A program made the position numbers and the translations under genes. The notes beneath the pieces were generated by a model that ran no database searches, was not told the origin of the DNA, and was given only the letters and a program-made list of their open reading frames with translations. Positions 1-9,394 of a stretch of DNA of 27,521 bases are shown one piece after another. Position 1 is the stretch's first letter. The number at the start of each line of letters is the position of its first letter. The DNA comes from a bacterium (lineage in GTDB: Bacteria > Eisenbacteria > RBG-16-71-46), in contig JAYWEM010000039.1 in the NCBI GenBank assembly GCA_043779265.1, positions 1-27,521 on the forward strand, in the 5' to 3' direction.

Positions 1-40
1 CGCTTCTGCGTTCGTGGAACTTGTGGAAGCGGCGTGAGCT

Positions 41-2356
41 TCAGTTCGAGATCAGACTGTTCGTGGAGAGTCCGGTCTGACCGGATCCCGCACCCGATCC
101 GCCTGCACCGCCAGCGCCGCCGGTGCCCAGATTGAACACAGGCGAACTCAAGTTCAGGACGCTCGCGCCATTCCGGAGGATCCCGACGGAGACTCCGCCG
201 TGACCACCCGCGCCTGCACCACCAGCGCCGCTGGAGCCGCCTGATGCCCCATTGCCGCCGCGGCCGATCTCGCTGAGACAGACTGCCGCGCCTGCTCCTC
301 CGGATCCACCCGGGGCCTGCGCGCCGCCGTTCCTTCCGGCACCACCCGCTCCTCCGAGTCCGGTGCGGAACGTGCAGCCGTAAAAGAAGGGCGAGGAGTT
401 GTAGAGGATCACGGCGAGCGAGGCTGCGCCGGTCGAACCGCCGCTGCCGCCGCCGCCGGCACTTCCCGCGCCGCCGCCGCCGCCGCCGCCGTTGCCACCG
501 CCGTCGTCGACAAGGGTGCCACCCTGACCACCACCACCACCACCACCGCCGCCGCCGCTTCCATTCGTGCCTGCAGTCCCGGATCCGCTGACACTCGGTG
601 TCCAGATGCCGGGCCCGGTGAGCGTACCCCAAGTCGACGCCGTGGCGCCTGCCGAGCCCGCGTTTCCAGGGAGACCGATCGTGCCGTTGCCACCCGCCAG
701 TCCAGGGTCGCCGCCCGGGCCGGGGGAGCCGCCCGGTCCGCCCGAGCACAAGCCGGCGAAGCCGGGCTGACCACTATTGGCGCCCTCGAGGCCTCCTCGT
801 CCGCCAGCCCCACCCGGGCAACCCGCCGAACTGGCACCGCCCAAGCCACCCGTTCCATGCGCCCAGTCGCAGGACCCACCATTGCCCGGTGCGCCATTGC
901 TTCCCGGGATCCCCGCGGCGCCCTGAGTCGATCCAGCGGCACCTTGCCCGGCAAGCCCGGATTCGAACACGCAATCGCGGAACTTCAGATTGGAGTTGCA
1001 GTTCGAGATGAGCATCGCGATCGAATTGAACCCCGGCCCTCCACTGCCAGATGTCAGGATGTGCAGGCGCTCGATCTCGGTTGTGCTCGTGAAGTTGAAG
1101 GCCTGCAGAGCTGACATCCCCAGCGAGATCGTCGAGAGGGTGGAGCCTCGGACCCAGGTGACCGGATCGAACCCGGCCAGGATCGACTTGCCGTCATAGA
1201 GCACCAGCGTCCCACCCGCCGAGTAAGTGCCGTTCGCAACGAATATGACACTCTTGCCGCCGCTCACGGCGAGTGTCATGCCGGCTTGGATCGTGGAGGC
1301 CGGCAGCAGCTTGGTTCCGGGATTCCCGGGCGCGCCGGTCGTCGAGGACACGTACACCGCAGCCTGCACGGTGATCGGGAGGGCTGCGAGTCCGATCGCC
1401 CCTTGGTCATCGGTCACACGCAGCTTCGCGATGTAGCTGCCTGGGGCTGGATAGGTGTGGGTCGTCGTCGCCGAGATCGGGCTCGAGTAATCGAACACGC
1501 CATCATTCTCGAAGTCCCACTCATAGCGCACGACCGCCCCATCGGCGTCCGTGCCCGAACCGGCGAAAGCCGTCTCGCTGGACTCGGTCGCCTGGGTCGG
1601 CGGCACGGCGGTCGCGACCGGCGGGATGTTGGAGTCGAGTCGCAGGAACATCGAACCGAGCGCGATGCTGTCGCCTGATGCGACGATGGCTCCGGTGGTG
1701 GACTGGTCGATATAGCGCGAGTGCGTTGCGTGCACGGCCCAACTCGCCTGCGGGACGCCGCGGATCACGTAGCCGCCCGCCGGATCGGTCACCGCGACGA
1801 ACGACGTGCCCTCGACGTAGACGACCGTGCTCTGATGATTGTTCGCGTTCTCGAGGGTGGCGACGCCGTGGAAGCTGCCGGTCGGGATGAGCAGGATGTC
1901 CACGTTCACCGCCGTCGGGGACGCCGGCACCCGAACGCGGACGACGCCCGCCTGATGTGCGGTCCGCGTGCCGGTCAACACGTAGTCGCCAGGCTCGACA
2001 CCCGGGAACGTGTAGCGGCCCTGGGCATCGGTCACCGCCGAGCGCAGATCGGTGATGGCTTCGACTCGTTCGGCGGAGGCAACGCCGCGTGCCGCCGCCT
2101 TCGCGCGAACGAGGGTGGCCTGCACGCTCGCCGCCACGCCACCCTCGAGCCGGTCCAGCGTGACGACGGCGTCGGCGACGCCCGCGCCGCCCTGCGCCCG
2201 CACGACACCCGTGATGTGTGGACCCGTTTCGGCCGAGGGGCCGATCGGCTCGATCGAGTTGGAGCTCTTGCCGCAGGCACCGAGCACAACCGAGAGGCTC
2301 AGCGCGGCGAGCGTGACCGCCATCCAGCGCAGCGGGAGAGTGAGTCGGATGCGCAT
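41..2356 (-). CDS. Large lipoprotein: carboxypeptidase regulatory-like Ig domains, PKD domain, DUF1565/beta-helix-like segment and glycine-rich C-terminal region
   Basis: Lipobox VLGA-C after a hydrophobic stretch; 'AVTDAQGRYTFPGVEPGDYVL'; PKD 'GTDADGAVVRYEWDFENDG...HTYPAPGSYIAKLRVTDDQG'; 'VYVS...G..GNPGTKLLPASTIQAG'; about 300 aa Gly-rich tail. ATG 2356 chosen because GGAG lies 8 nt upstream. Confidence 0.85.
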   Translation of the reverse strand: MRIRLTLPLRWMAVTLAALSLSVVLGACGKSSNSIEPIGPSAETGPHITGVVRAQGGAGVADAVVTLDRLEGGVAASVQATLVRAKAAARGVASAERVEAITDLRSAVTDAQGRYTFPGVEPGDYVLTGTRTAHQAGVVRVRVPASPTAVNVDILLIPTGSFHGVATLENANNHQSTVVYVEGTSFVAVTDPAGGYVIRGVPQASWAVHATHSRYIDQSTTGAIVASGDSIALGSMFLRLDSNIPPVATAVPPTQATESSETAFAGSGTDADGAVVRYEWDFENDGVFDYSSPISATTTHTYPAPGSYIAKLRVTDDQGAIGLAALPITVQAAVYVSSTTGAPGNPGTKLLPASTIQAGMTLAVSGGKSVIFVANGTYSAGGTLVLYDGKSILAGFDPVTWVRGSTLSTISLGMSALQAFNFTSTTEIERLHILTSGSGGPGFNSIAMLISNCNSNLKFRDCVFESGLAGQGAAGSTQGAAGIPGSNGAPGNGGSCDWAHGTGGLGGASSAGCPGGAGGRGGLEGANSGQPGFAGLCSGGPGGSPGPGGDPGLAGGNGTIGLPGNAGSAGATASTWGTLTGPGIWTPSVSGSGTAGTNGSGGGGGGGGGGQGGTLVDDGGGNGGGGGGGAGSAGGGGSGGSTGAASLAVILYNSSPFFYGCTFRTGLGGAGGAGRNGGAQAPGGSGGAGAAVCLSEIGRGGNGASGGSSGAGGAGAGGHGGVSVGILRNGASVLNLSSPVFNLGTGGAGGAGGSGAGSGQTGLSTNSLISN
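439..558. repeat. (GCC)n/(ACC)n trinucleotide runs encoding polyglycine
   Basis: ccgccgccgccgccgccgcc at about 471-490 and accaccaccaccaccaccaccgccgccgccgc at about 527-558; these are GGC/GGT codons on the minus strand. Confidence 0.85.
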
Positions 2357-2367
2357 CGGTTGCACTC

Positions 2368-2967
2368 CTATCGGACGCGGGCGAACGCCCGGGTGGTGAG
2401 CGAGCCACGGACTTCCATGCGAACGAAGTAGCGACCGACCGGCACAGAGCGGCCCGACGCATCACGAAGATCCCAATCGATGGTGTGCTCCCCGGCGGCC
2501 AGAGAGCTTCCCTGCCACGCCTTGATCCGGCGGCCCTGCGTGTCGACGACGTCGAGTCGAACGGGGGAGGCCTGCGCCAATCGGAACCGCAGTCGAACTT
2601 GATGCAGCGCCGGATCGGGGAACGGGGCGAACAACTCCCCCGGCAACGGAGGCAGTCCGATCTCGACACCGGTCACGTCCTCAACGACGACCCCTCGCAC
2701 GTAGGTGGTGGCGTAATCGTCGCGCCGCACTTGCAGGTCGTACGTGCCGACGGGGACGTTCAGCATGCAGAAGGCCCCGACGCTGTCGGAGACGGCCTGG
2801 AAACCGGCGTAGACGCCGGTGGTGCTGAAGACATGGATCCCGGCACCATGCACCGGGAGCGCCGTCGAGGCATCCCGCACCGTGCCGCAGAGACTGCCGG
2901 CAGCGAACGTTGGACTCACGAGCAGGGCACTCGCGACCACCGCGAGAAGCCCACGGATCAGCGGCAC
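2368..2967 (-). CDS. Secreted protein with carboxypeptidase regulatory-like domain and C-terminal FlgD-Ig/T9SS-CTD-like domain
   Basis: Signal peptide ending TFA-A; 'GTVRDASTALPVHGAGI...GTYDLQVRRDDY'; C-terminus 'PFPDP...RFRL...VRLDVVDTQGRRI...GEHTIDWDLRDASGRSVPVGRYFVRM'. GTG start 5 nt after GGAGG. Confidence 0.85.
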   Translation of the reverse strand: MPLIRGLLAVVASALLVSPTFAAGSLCGTVRDASTALPVHGAGIHVFSTTGVYAGFQAVSDSVGAFCMLNVPVGTYDLQVRRDDYATTYVRGVVVEDVTGVEIGLPPLPGELFAPFPDPALHQVRLRFRLAQASPVRLDVVDTQGRRIKAWQGSSLAAGEHTIDWDLRDASGRSVPVGRYFVRMEVRGSLTTRAFARVR

Positions 2968-3152
2968 GGCGGCCTCCATCAGGGGTGTGTGGAGTCGTGC
3001 GGATCTTCGTCGGGGGTCGTGCGATTCCGAGCAGTCAGTATCCGGTTCGCTCAAGGAGTCGACCAAGCACTATCTCGTTCCACTTCATGGAGAATATGCG
3101 CGGTGCCGGACATGGCGACGCGTGCACGACCGTCGCGGTCGTGTAGATCGGG

Positions 3153-5816
3153 ATGATGCCCATTCTATCCGGTACCAAGCTCGGTCCCTATGAGATCACT
3201 TCGCCCCTCGGCGCCGGCGGCATGGGCGAGGTGTATCGCGCCCGGGACACCCGCCTCGGCCGCGACGTCGCCATCAAGGTGCTGCCACAGCACCTCTCGG
3301 ACAACGCCGAGGTGCGCAGCCGATTCGAGCGCGAGGCCAAGACCACTTCGTCCCTGAACCATCCGCACATCTGCACGCTGTTCGACGTCGGCCGAGAGGG
3401 CGAAACCGACTTCCTGGTGATGGAGTTGGTCGAGGGCGACACGCTCGCCAGTCGTCTGGAGAAGGGGTGGCTGCCTCTCGATCAACTTCTCAAGCTCGGC
3501 GCCGAGATCACCGACGCTCTCGACAAGGCGCATCGCGAGGGCATCATCCATCGCGACCTGAAGCCCGGGAACATCATGCTGGCGCGTACCGGCGCCAAAC
3601 TCATGGACTTCGGGCTGGCGCGCGACACGGGTATTCCGGGAGCCGGTGCCGGCAGTGGCGTCAGCATCACCAGCCTGTCGCATTCGCCCACGGTCGCCCA
3701 GCCGCTCACGGCTCAAGGCTCGATCGTCGGCACGTTCCAGTACATGGCCCCTGAACAACTCGAGGGCGCCGAGGCGGACGCTCGTACCGATCTGTGGGCG
3801 CTGGGTTGCGTGCTGTACGAGATGGCGACTGGCCGATGCGCCTTCTCCGGCGCGACTCAGGCCAGCTTGATCAGCTCGATCATGAAGGATCAGCCGCCGC
3901 CGATCAGCGGGATCCAAGAGCTCTCGCCGCCCGGGCTCGACCGCCTGGTTCGCGCCTGCCTCGAGAAGGACCCGAATGAGCGAATCCAGACGGCGCGTGA
4001 GGTGCGACTCCATCTGAAGTGGATCGTGGAGGGTGGCTCGCAGGCGGGTGTCCCCGCACCTGTCGCAGCTCGCCGTCGCAGCCGTGAGCGGCTCGCGTGG
4101 ACTCTTGCCGCAGTCGCCGGCTCGATCGCGGTGGGACTCGCCATCTGGAGTTTCGGATTCCCGGTACCTGCTGCTCAGACGCTCCGTTTCGAGGTGGTGT
4201 CGCCCAGCATGGTGCAATCTCAGGATTCGCCGCGCATCTCTCCCGACGGTCGGCTCCTGGCCTATAACGCAACGGACTCGCTGGGTCAGAGCCGCATCTG
4301 GATCCGGCCGCTTGCCGCGCTCGAAGCTCAGCCCGTGCCCGGCACCGATGGTGCCAACCGGCCGTTCTGGTCCCCCGATAGCCGCTTCCTCGCATTCATG
4401 GCGGGCGGGAAGCTCAAGAAGATCAGTCTGAGCGGCGGCCCGGCCACCGTGATCTGCGATGCCCCCACCGGCGCGGACGGCACGTGGGGGCGTTCGGGCG
4501 TGATCCTGTTCGATGGGCGAGCGGACGATCCCATCATGCGCGTTGCGGCAAGTGGCGGGGTGGCGGTCGCGGCCATCAGCCCGGATTCGACGTCGAAGGT
4601 GTTCCAGGTCGGATGGCCCGAGTTCCTCCCGGATGGCAAGCACTACTTGTATCTGAGCGTGATCCCGACTCCGACGCTTCGAGTCGGCGCGATCGATTCG
4701 CCCAAGATCGTCGAACTGGGGCCCTGCGAATCGCAGGTGCAGTTCATCCCCTCGGGCCACCTGCTGTACTCGCGGGGAGGCTCGCTCGTGATCCAGCGCT
4801 TCGATCCGCGCGCGCTCAAGTTCACTGGAGAGCCCGTGCCGGTTGCCGAGCAGGTCGGTTCGAGCGTCGTCGGGAGTTCGGACTTCCGTGCTTCGGACAA
4901 TGGGGTTCTGGTCTACTCCACTCGTTCCGCCGACGCGGGGGAGGTCGTGGAGCTGGATCGCTCTGGCGTGCAGAGGCGCAGGCTCTCCGCTCCACCCTTG
5001 TCGCTGGTTCCCGTGCTCTCTCCGGACGATCGTCGCCTCGCCCTGCGCGTGATGGATCCCCAGACTCGTACGCGCGACCTGTGGCTCGTGGACAGGACAC
5101 GCGATCTGGCCACGCGTTTCACGTTCGAGAAGGGGAACGAGAACTATCCGCAGTGGGCGCCGGATGGAAGTCGGATCGTCTACTGGTCGGACACGCCCGG
5201 TGCGATGGGGATCGTGTCGAAGCGGATCTCCGGGTCGGGCGAGACCGAACTGCTCATAGCCACCAGTTCGGAGGTGGATCCGAAGGACTGGTCGGGCGAT
5301 GGAAGCACCCTCTTCTACGATGTCAGCACCGCCTCGGGCACGGACATCTGGATGCTGCCGATGACAGGCGAGGGGAAAGCCAGTCCGTTCCTCAATGGCA
5401 CGTTCCGGGAATATGATGGGCGACTGTCACCGGATGGGAAGTTCCTGGCGTATGTATCCGACGAATCGGGCCGGGACGAGATCTATGTGCAGACTTTCCC
5501 CGATCGCAACAAGAAGTGGCAGGTCTCCACTCACGGCGGTAACGACCCCCAGTGGGATTCGGGTGGTCATGATCTCTACTACCTGAGTCCGGACCAGCAG
5601 ATGATGAGCGCTCCCTTCGTCACAGGAGGAGTGTTCGAACCTGGAATCCCGAAGTCCTTGTTCGCGGCTCCTGTGCTGTTCCCCGGGCTGGGGATCACCC
5701 ACTACGCGGTGACGGCGGACGGCCAGACGTTCATCATCGTCAGGCCCACCTCCCATCGTGCGTTGCCCACGACGACCGTTGTGGTGAACTGGATGGCGGA
5801 GATCGACAAGCGATGA
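3153..5816 (+). CDS. Hanks-type Ser/Thr protein kinase with TM helix and TolB/PD40-like beta-propeller
   Basis: GAGGMGEVY, VAIK, HRDLKPGN, DFG, YMAPE, DLWALG; TM 'LAWTLAAVAGSIAVGLAIW'; repeated SPDG/WSPD motifs. Confidence 0.95.
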   Translation: MMPILSGTKLGPYEITSPLGAGGMGEVYRARDTRLGRDVAIKVLPQHLSDNAEVRSRFEREAKTTSSLNHPHICTLFDVGREGETDFLVMELVEGDTLASRLEKGWLPLDQLLKLGAEITDALDKAHREGIIHRDLKPGNIMLARTGAKLMDFGLARDTGIPGAGAGSGVSITSLSHSPTVAQPLTAQGSIVGTFQYMAPEQLEGAEADARTDLWALGCVLYEMATGRCAFSGATQASLISSIMKDQPPPISGIQELSPPGLDRLVRACLEKDPNERIQTAREVRLHLKWIVEGGSQAGVPAPVAARRRSRERLAWTLAAVAGSIAVGLAIWSFGFPVPAAQTLRFEVVSPSMVQSQDSPRISPDGRLLAYNATDSLGQSRIWIRPLAALEAQPVPGTDGANRPFWSPDSRFLAFMAGGKLKKISLSGGPATVICDAPTGADGTWGRSGVILFDGRADDPIMRVAASGGVAVAAISPDSTSKVFQVGWPEFLPDGKHYLYLSVIPTPTLRVGAIDSPKIVELGPCESQVQFIPSGHLLYSRGGSLVIQRFDPRALKFTGEPVPVAEQVGSSVVGSSDFRASDNGVLVYSTRSADAGEVVELDRSGVQRRRLSAPPLSLVPVLSPDDRRLALRVMDPQTRTRDLWLVDRTRDLATRFTFEKGNENYPQWAPDGSRIVYWSDTPGAMGIVSKRISGSGETELLIATSSEVDPKDWSGDGSTLFYDVSTASGTDIWMLPMTGEGKASPFLNGTFREYDGRLSPDGKFLAYVSDESGRDEIYVQTFPDRNKKWQVSTHGGNDPQWDSGGHDLYYLSPDQQMMSAPFVTGGVFEPGIPKSLFAAPVLFPGLGITHYAVTADGQTFIIVRPTSHRALPTTTVVVNWMAEIDKR
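3240..3337 (+). repeat. 98-bp direct repeat, copy 1 (copy 2 at 5897-5994)
   Basis: Manual alignment gives 96/98 identity within the kinase N-lobes. Confidence 0.85.
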
Positions 5817-8488
5817 CGCTCACCCCAGGCACCAAGCTCGGCCCTTTCGAGATCACGTCGGCGCTGGGCGCCGGTGGCATGGGCGAGGTCTACCTCGCCC
5901 GGGACACGCGCCTCGGCCGCGACGTCGCCATCAAGGTGCTGCCGCAGCACCTCTCGGACAACGCCGAGGTGCGCAGCCGATTCGAGCGCGAGGCGAAGAC
6001 CGTCTCGTCGTTGAACCACCCGCACATCTGCACCCTGTTCGATGTCGGCCGCGAAGGGGAGACCGACTACCTCGTCATGGAACTGATCGAGGGCGAGACC
6101 CTTGCCGAGCGGCTCTCCAAAGGCGCTCTGCCGACCGCCGACGTGCTGCGCCTCGGTGGCCAGATCGCCGACGCACTCGACCGGGCGCATCGAGCGGGTG
6201 TCATCCACCGCGACTTGAAACCCGCCAACGTGATGCTCACCAAGGCCGGGGCCAAGCTGATGGACTTCGGACTGGCGCGCGCCACCGGCCTCGCGGGATC
6301 GGGAAGCGGTTCGGGTTCCACCATGGCCGCGCTCACGTCATCGCCCACGGTGGCGCAGGCGCTCACGGCCGAAGGCACCATCATCGGCACGTTCCAGTAC
6401 ATGTCGCCCGAACAGTTGGAGGGCGGCGAGACCGATGCGCGATCCGACCTGTGGGCGCTCGGCTGCGTGCTCTACGAGATGGCCACCGGTCGCCGCGCAT
6501 TCGACGGCAAGAGCCAAGCGAGTCTGATCGGCTCCATCATGCACACCGTGCCGAGCCCGGCGTCGCAGCATGCGCCGATGTCACCGCCCGCGCTCGACCA
6601 GTTGGTGGCAGCCTGTCTCGCCAAGGACCCGGCCGATCGGGTTCAGTGCGCTCACGATGTGAAGTTCCAACTGGCGTGGATGGCCCAGAGCTCGGTCTCG
6701 GGTTTGGCGGCGCCCACACTCGCGACAGTGAAGCGTCGGCCGAATTGGCTGCCGGTGGGGATAGCGGCAGCGGTCGGCATTCTCGCCACTGCTCTCGTGA
6801 TGACGCTGCTCGGCCGCGGCGGTCACGGCGCATCCGGCTCGGCCATCGCCCAACGCTATTCGCTCGGCCACGCGAATCTCTCCGCATCGTCCACGCCCGC
6901 GCTCGCCCCGGATGGGACCTACGCGATCTTCTCGGCGAGCAGCGGGAGCTCCAGCCAGATCTGTCGGCGCGACCTCGCATCGCTGGAGATGACGCCGATC
7001 GAGGGCACCGAGGGCGGCGCCGCGCCATTCTTCTCGCCCGATGGCGAATGGATCGCATTCGTCACAGCGGATGCCGTCAAGAAGGTTCCGGCGGGGGGCG
7101 GCCTCGCTCAGGTCATCGTGACGGAGCCGCGAGTGGATGCTGGCGCCTGGGGCCGCGATGAGATGATCTACCTGACGCCTCGTGCGGGGGGGAGTGACGG
7201 TGTCACCGCCCTCGCCCGAGTTGCGTCGAGGGGCGGCACGCTCGAACGCGTGGCGACTCTGGATAGCACGCGCTCGGAGGTCGAGACCTGGCTTCCCGAG
7301 ATCATGCCCGATGGCAGGACCGTGCTGATCACGGTCTCTGATGCGACTGGTTTCCATCTCATCGGCATCCGACCGGACGGCACTCGCAAGGCCGTCGTCG
7401 CCAATGCGATCTGCGGGCGATTCGACGCATCGGGCAGGTTGGTCTACTTCGACACCAACTCGAGCGCCGTCCTCGCTGCTCCGTTCGATCCGCTCAAGCT
7501 CGAATTGACCGGGGCGGCCGTCCCGCTCACCGATGCCGTCAGGCTTCAGAACCTGTTCGCGCTGGGACGAGAGGGCACACTGCTCTACGTCCCGGAGGCG
7601 AGCGCCGGTTCCAACACCGAAGTCGTCTGGCTCGACCGCAAGGGAAAGGCCATGCCCGCGTTCGAGACCAGGGGAGACTGGATGCAGCCACGCGTATCCC
7701 CCGATGGGAAACGTGTGCTGCTGCGCAAGGTCGGCACGAGTTGCGAGCTCTGGGTGTTCGATACCGAGCGGAGCGCGCTGTCCCGGATCGTCCAGGATGG
7801 CGACACGCACGATGCCGTCTGGTCGCCGGATGGTAGCCGCATCGCCTATGACCGAACCGGCGCGCCGGCCGCCATGGTCACGCTGACTGCGTCCGGGGCG
7901 AGAGAGACCGTCACGCTGGCGGAGGGCTCCGAGCGTGGCGCACCGCAATCGTGGTCCCGAGGTGGCGACTTGCTGACCTACGTGCGCTCGGGGCGCGGCA
8001 CGCGGCAGGACATCTGGATCCGCCCGATGGACGGCTCCGCGCCGGCCTCGGCGTTCCTCGCCAGTCCTGCCCGCGAGGATCAACCCGCCATCTCGTCCGA
8101 TGGCCGTTTCATCGCCTATCGCTCGGGCGAGACCGGCACCGACGAGATCTTCGTGCGGCCGTATCCTCCGACTGGGACAGCCTGGCAGATCTCGGCGGGA
8201 GGGGGAGGTTCACCCGTCTGGTCCCGGGATGGTCGTGAGCTCTACTACCTCACGGGCAACAAGCTGATGGCGGTTCCGGTCGACATCCGTGCCGGCTTCC
8301 ACGCTGGAGCTCCGGTCGAGCTGTTCGAGGGCGCGATTGCGACCGCACGCTTGCGGGACTACGACGCAGCGCCTGGCGGGCGGTTCATCGCCATCCGAGG
8401 CACCGCAGGGCCGGCCGCGCTTCCGGAGATTCGAGTGCTGCTGAACTGGCGCTCCGGACTGAAGAGCGCCAGTCGCAGCGGGCACTGA
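5813..8488 (+). CDS. Second Hanks-type Ser/Thr kinase with TM helix and TolB/PD40-like beta-propeller (paralog)
   Basis: Same motifs (HRDLKPAN, DFG, YMSPE); TM 'WLPVGIAAAVGILATALVMTLL'; ATGA overlap with the upstream kinase. Confidence 0.95.
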   Translation: MTLTPGTKLGPFEITSALGAGGMGEVYLARDTRLGRDVAIKVLPQHLSDNAEVRSRFEREAKTVSSLNHPHICTLFDVGREGETDYLVMELIEGETLAERLSKGALPTADVLRLGGQIADALDRAHRAGVIHRDLKPANVMLTKAGAKLMDFGLARATGLAGSGSGSGSTMAALTSSPTVAQALTAEGTIIGTFQYMSPEQLEGGETDARSDLWALGCVLYEMATGRRAFDGKSQASLIGSIMHTVPSPASQHAPMSPPALDQLVAACLAKDPADRVQCAHDVKFQLAWMAQSSVSGLAAPTLATVKRRPNWLPVGIAAAVGILATALVMTLLGRGGHGASGSAIAQRYSLGHANLSASSTPALAPDGTYAIFSASSGSSSQICRRDLASLEMTPIEGTEGGAAPFFSPDGEWIAFVTADAVKKVPAGGGLAQVIVTEPRVDAGAWGRDEMIYLTPRAGGSDGVTALARVASRGGTLERVATLDSTRSEVETWLPEIMPDGRTVLITVSDATGFHLIGIRPDGTRKAVVANAICGRFDASGRLVYFDTNSSAVLAAPFDPLKLELTGAAVPLTDAVRLQNLFALGREGTLLYVPEASAGSNTEVVWLDRKGKAMPAFETRGDWMQPRVSPDGKRVLLRKVGTSCELWVFDTERSALSRIVQDGDTHDAVWSPDGSRIAYDRTGAPAAMVTLTASGARETVTLAEGSERGAPQSWSRGGDLLTYVRSGRGTRQDIWIRPMDGSAPASAFLASPAREDQPAISSDGRFIAYRSGETGTDEIFVRPYPPTGTAWQISAGGGGSPVWSRDGRELYYLTGNKLMAVPVDIRAGFHAGAPVELFEGAIATARLRDYDAAPGGRFIAIRGTAGPAALPEIRVLLNWRSGLKSASRSGH
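5897..5994 (+). repeat. 98-bp direct repeat, copy 2
   Basis: Differs from 3240-3337 at only two synonymous positions. Confidence 0.85.
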
Positions 8489-8503
8489 GGGCTTCGTCGC
8501 CGA

Positions 8504-9076
8504 TCAGCGGTACAGCGACTTGATGCCGCCCCAGGTGCTCGTGGGAGTGGAGGTCGTAGGCGCCGAGTTGAAGGCGACCTCACGGATCTCGAGTCGGAGA
8601 CCGCAGCACGGGCTGGGGTTCAGCGTCTGGACGACCAGATCGACTCGCTTCACGCCGAGCACCGGACCGGGGAACGTGTAGGTCTGCGGCGCGACCTGGC
8701 CGTACGGACCGACGTAAGCGGGCGAACTGGAGATCAGGACGTTCGAGGCGTCGAAGAAGTCGAGACGGAAGTCGCTGATGCCCTCGCCCAGCACGTTGAT
8801 GTCGTTCCACAGCACGAAGCTGGCGAGGTCCGCGGTCGTCACCAGGTCGAGGTGAATCGTGCCGACCATCCCGGGAATCGCGGCGAACCCATTGAACGGG
8901 CTGTTGTCCGCCGTGATGCCATCCGCGATCTGATCGATCGTGAAGCCGGCACCCGACGAGGGCATGGATGTGCTGGGGCTGATCATCGAACCACCGATGA
9001 GCGCGGCGCTGGCGGTGGCCGCGAAGGCGCAGGTGGCGACGAGTGTCAGGAGAGTGCGAACGAAGTGATTGCGCAT
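8504..9076 (-). CDS. Secreted discoidin/galactose-binding-like domain protein with C-terminal TWGGIKSLYR tail
   Basis: Signal peptide 'MRNHFVRTLLTLVATCAFAATASA'; 'IDQIADG...SFVLWND...IREVAF' fits an F5/8C-like fold; Pro/Thr linker before the tail. Alternative GTG start at 9085. Confidence 0.75.
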   Translation of the reverse strand: MRNHFVRTLLTLVATCAFAATASAALIGGSMISPSTSMPSSGAGFTIDQIADGITADNSPFNGFAAIPGMVGTIHLDLVTTADLASFVLWNDINVLGEGISDFRLDFFDASNVLISSSPAYVGPYGQVAPQTYTFPGPVLGVKRVDLVVQTLNPSPCCGLRLEIREVAFNSAPTTSTPTSTWGGIKSLYR

Positions 9077-9394
9077 GGAGGACACGGGGCCTCTGAGGCT
9101 GAGGTGAGGTGGCGCATGGATGAAGGCGCACGACGGAGGAGGGAGTTCCCGCTGGAGCACGCCTTGAAGTTCGTCAATCCTAGCACCGGCGGGTAGGCTA
9201 GCATCAAGCTCGACTGAACCCGAGAGCTCACGATTGTCGATTCTCATCGCTATCGCGGGGCTCCATCACGCTTCCAGCCCGGGCCGGTCCACCGTCGGCA
9301 TCTGGGACGCGCAGTTCGGCGCTGCGGATGGATTGCACCTCGACGTTGGCGCAGAGGGAGTTTCCTCATCGCGCGCTGATCGAATCGAGCCGAC

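Noticed and set aside
2..37. Possible + strand gene end (ASAFVELVEAA*)
   Set aside because: Too short to support.
3165..8083. Long minus-strand ORFs (531 and 500 aa)
   Set aside because: Antisense shadows of the two kinases.
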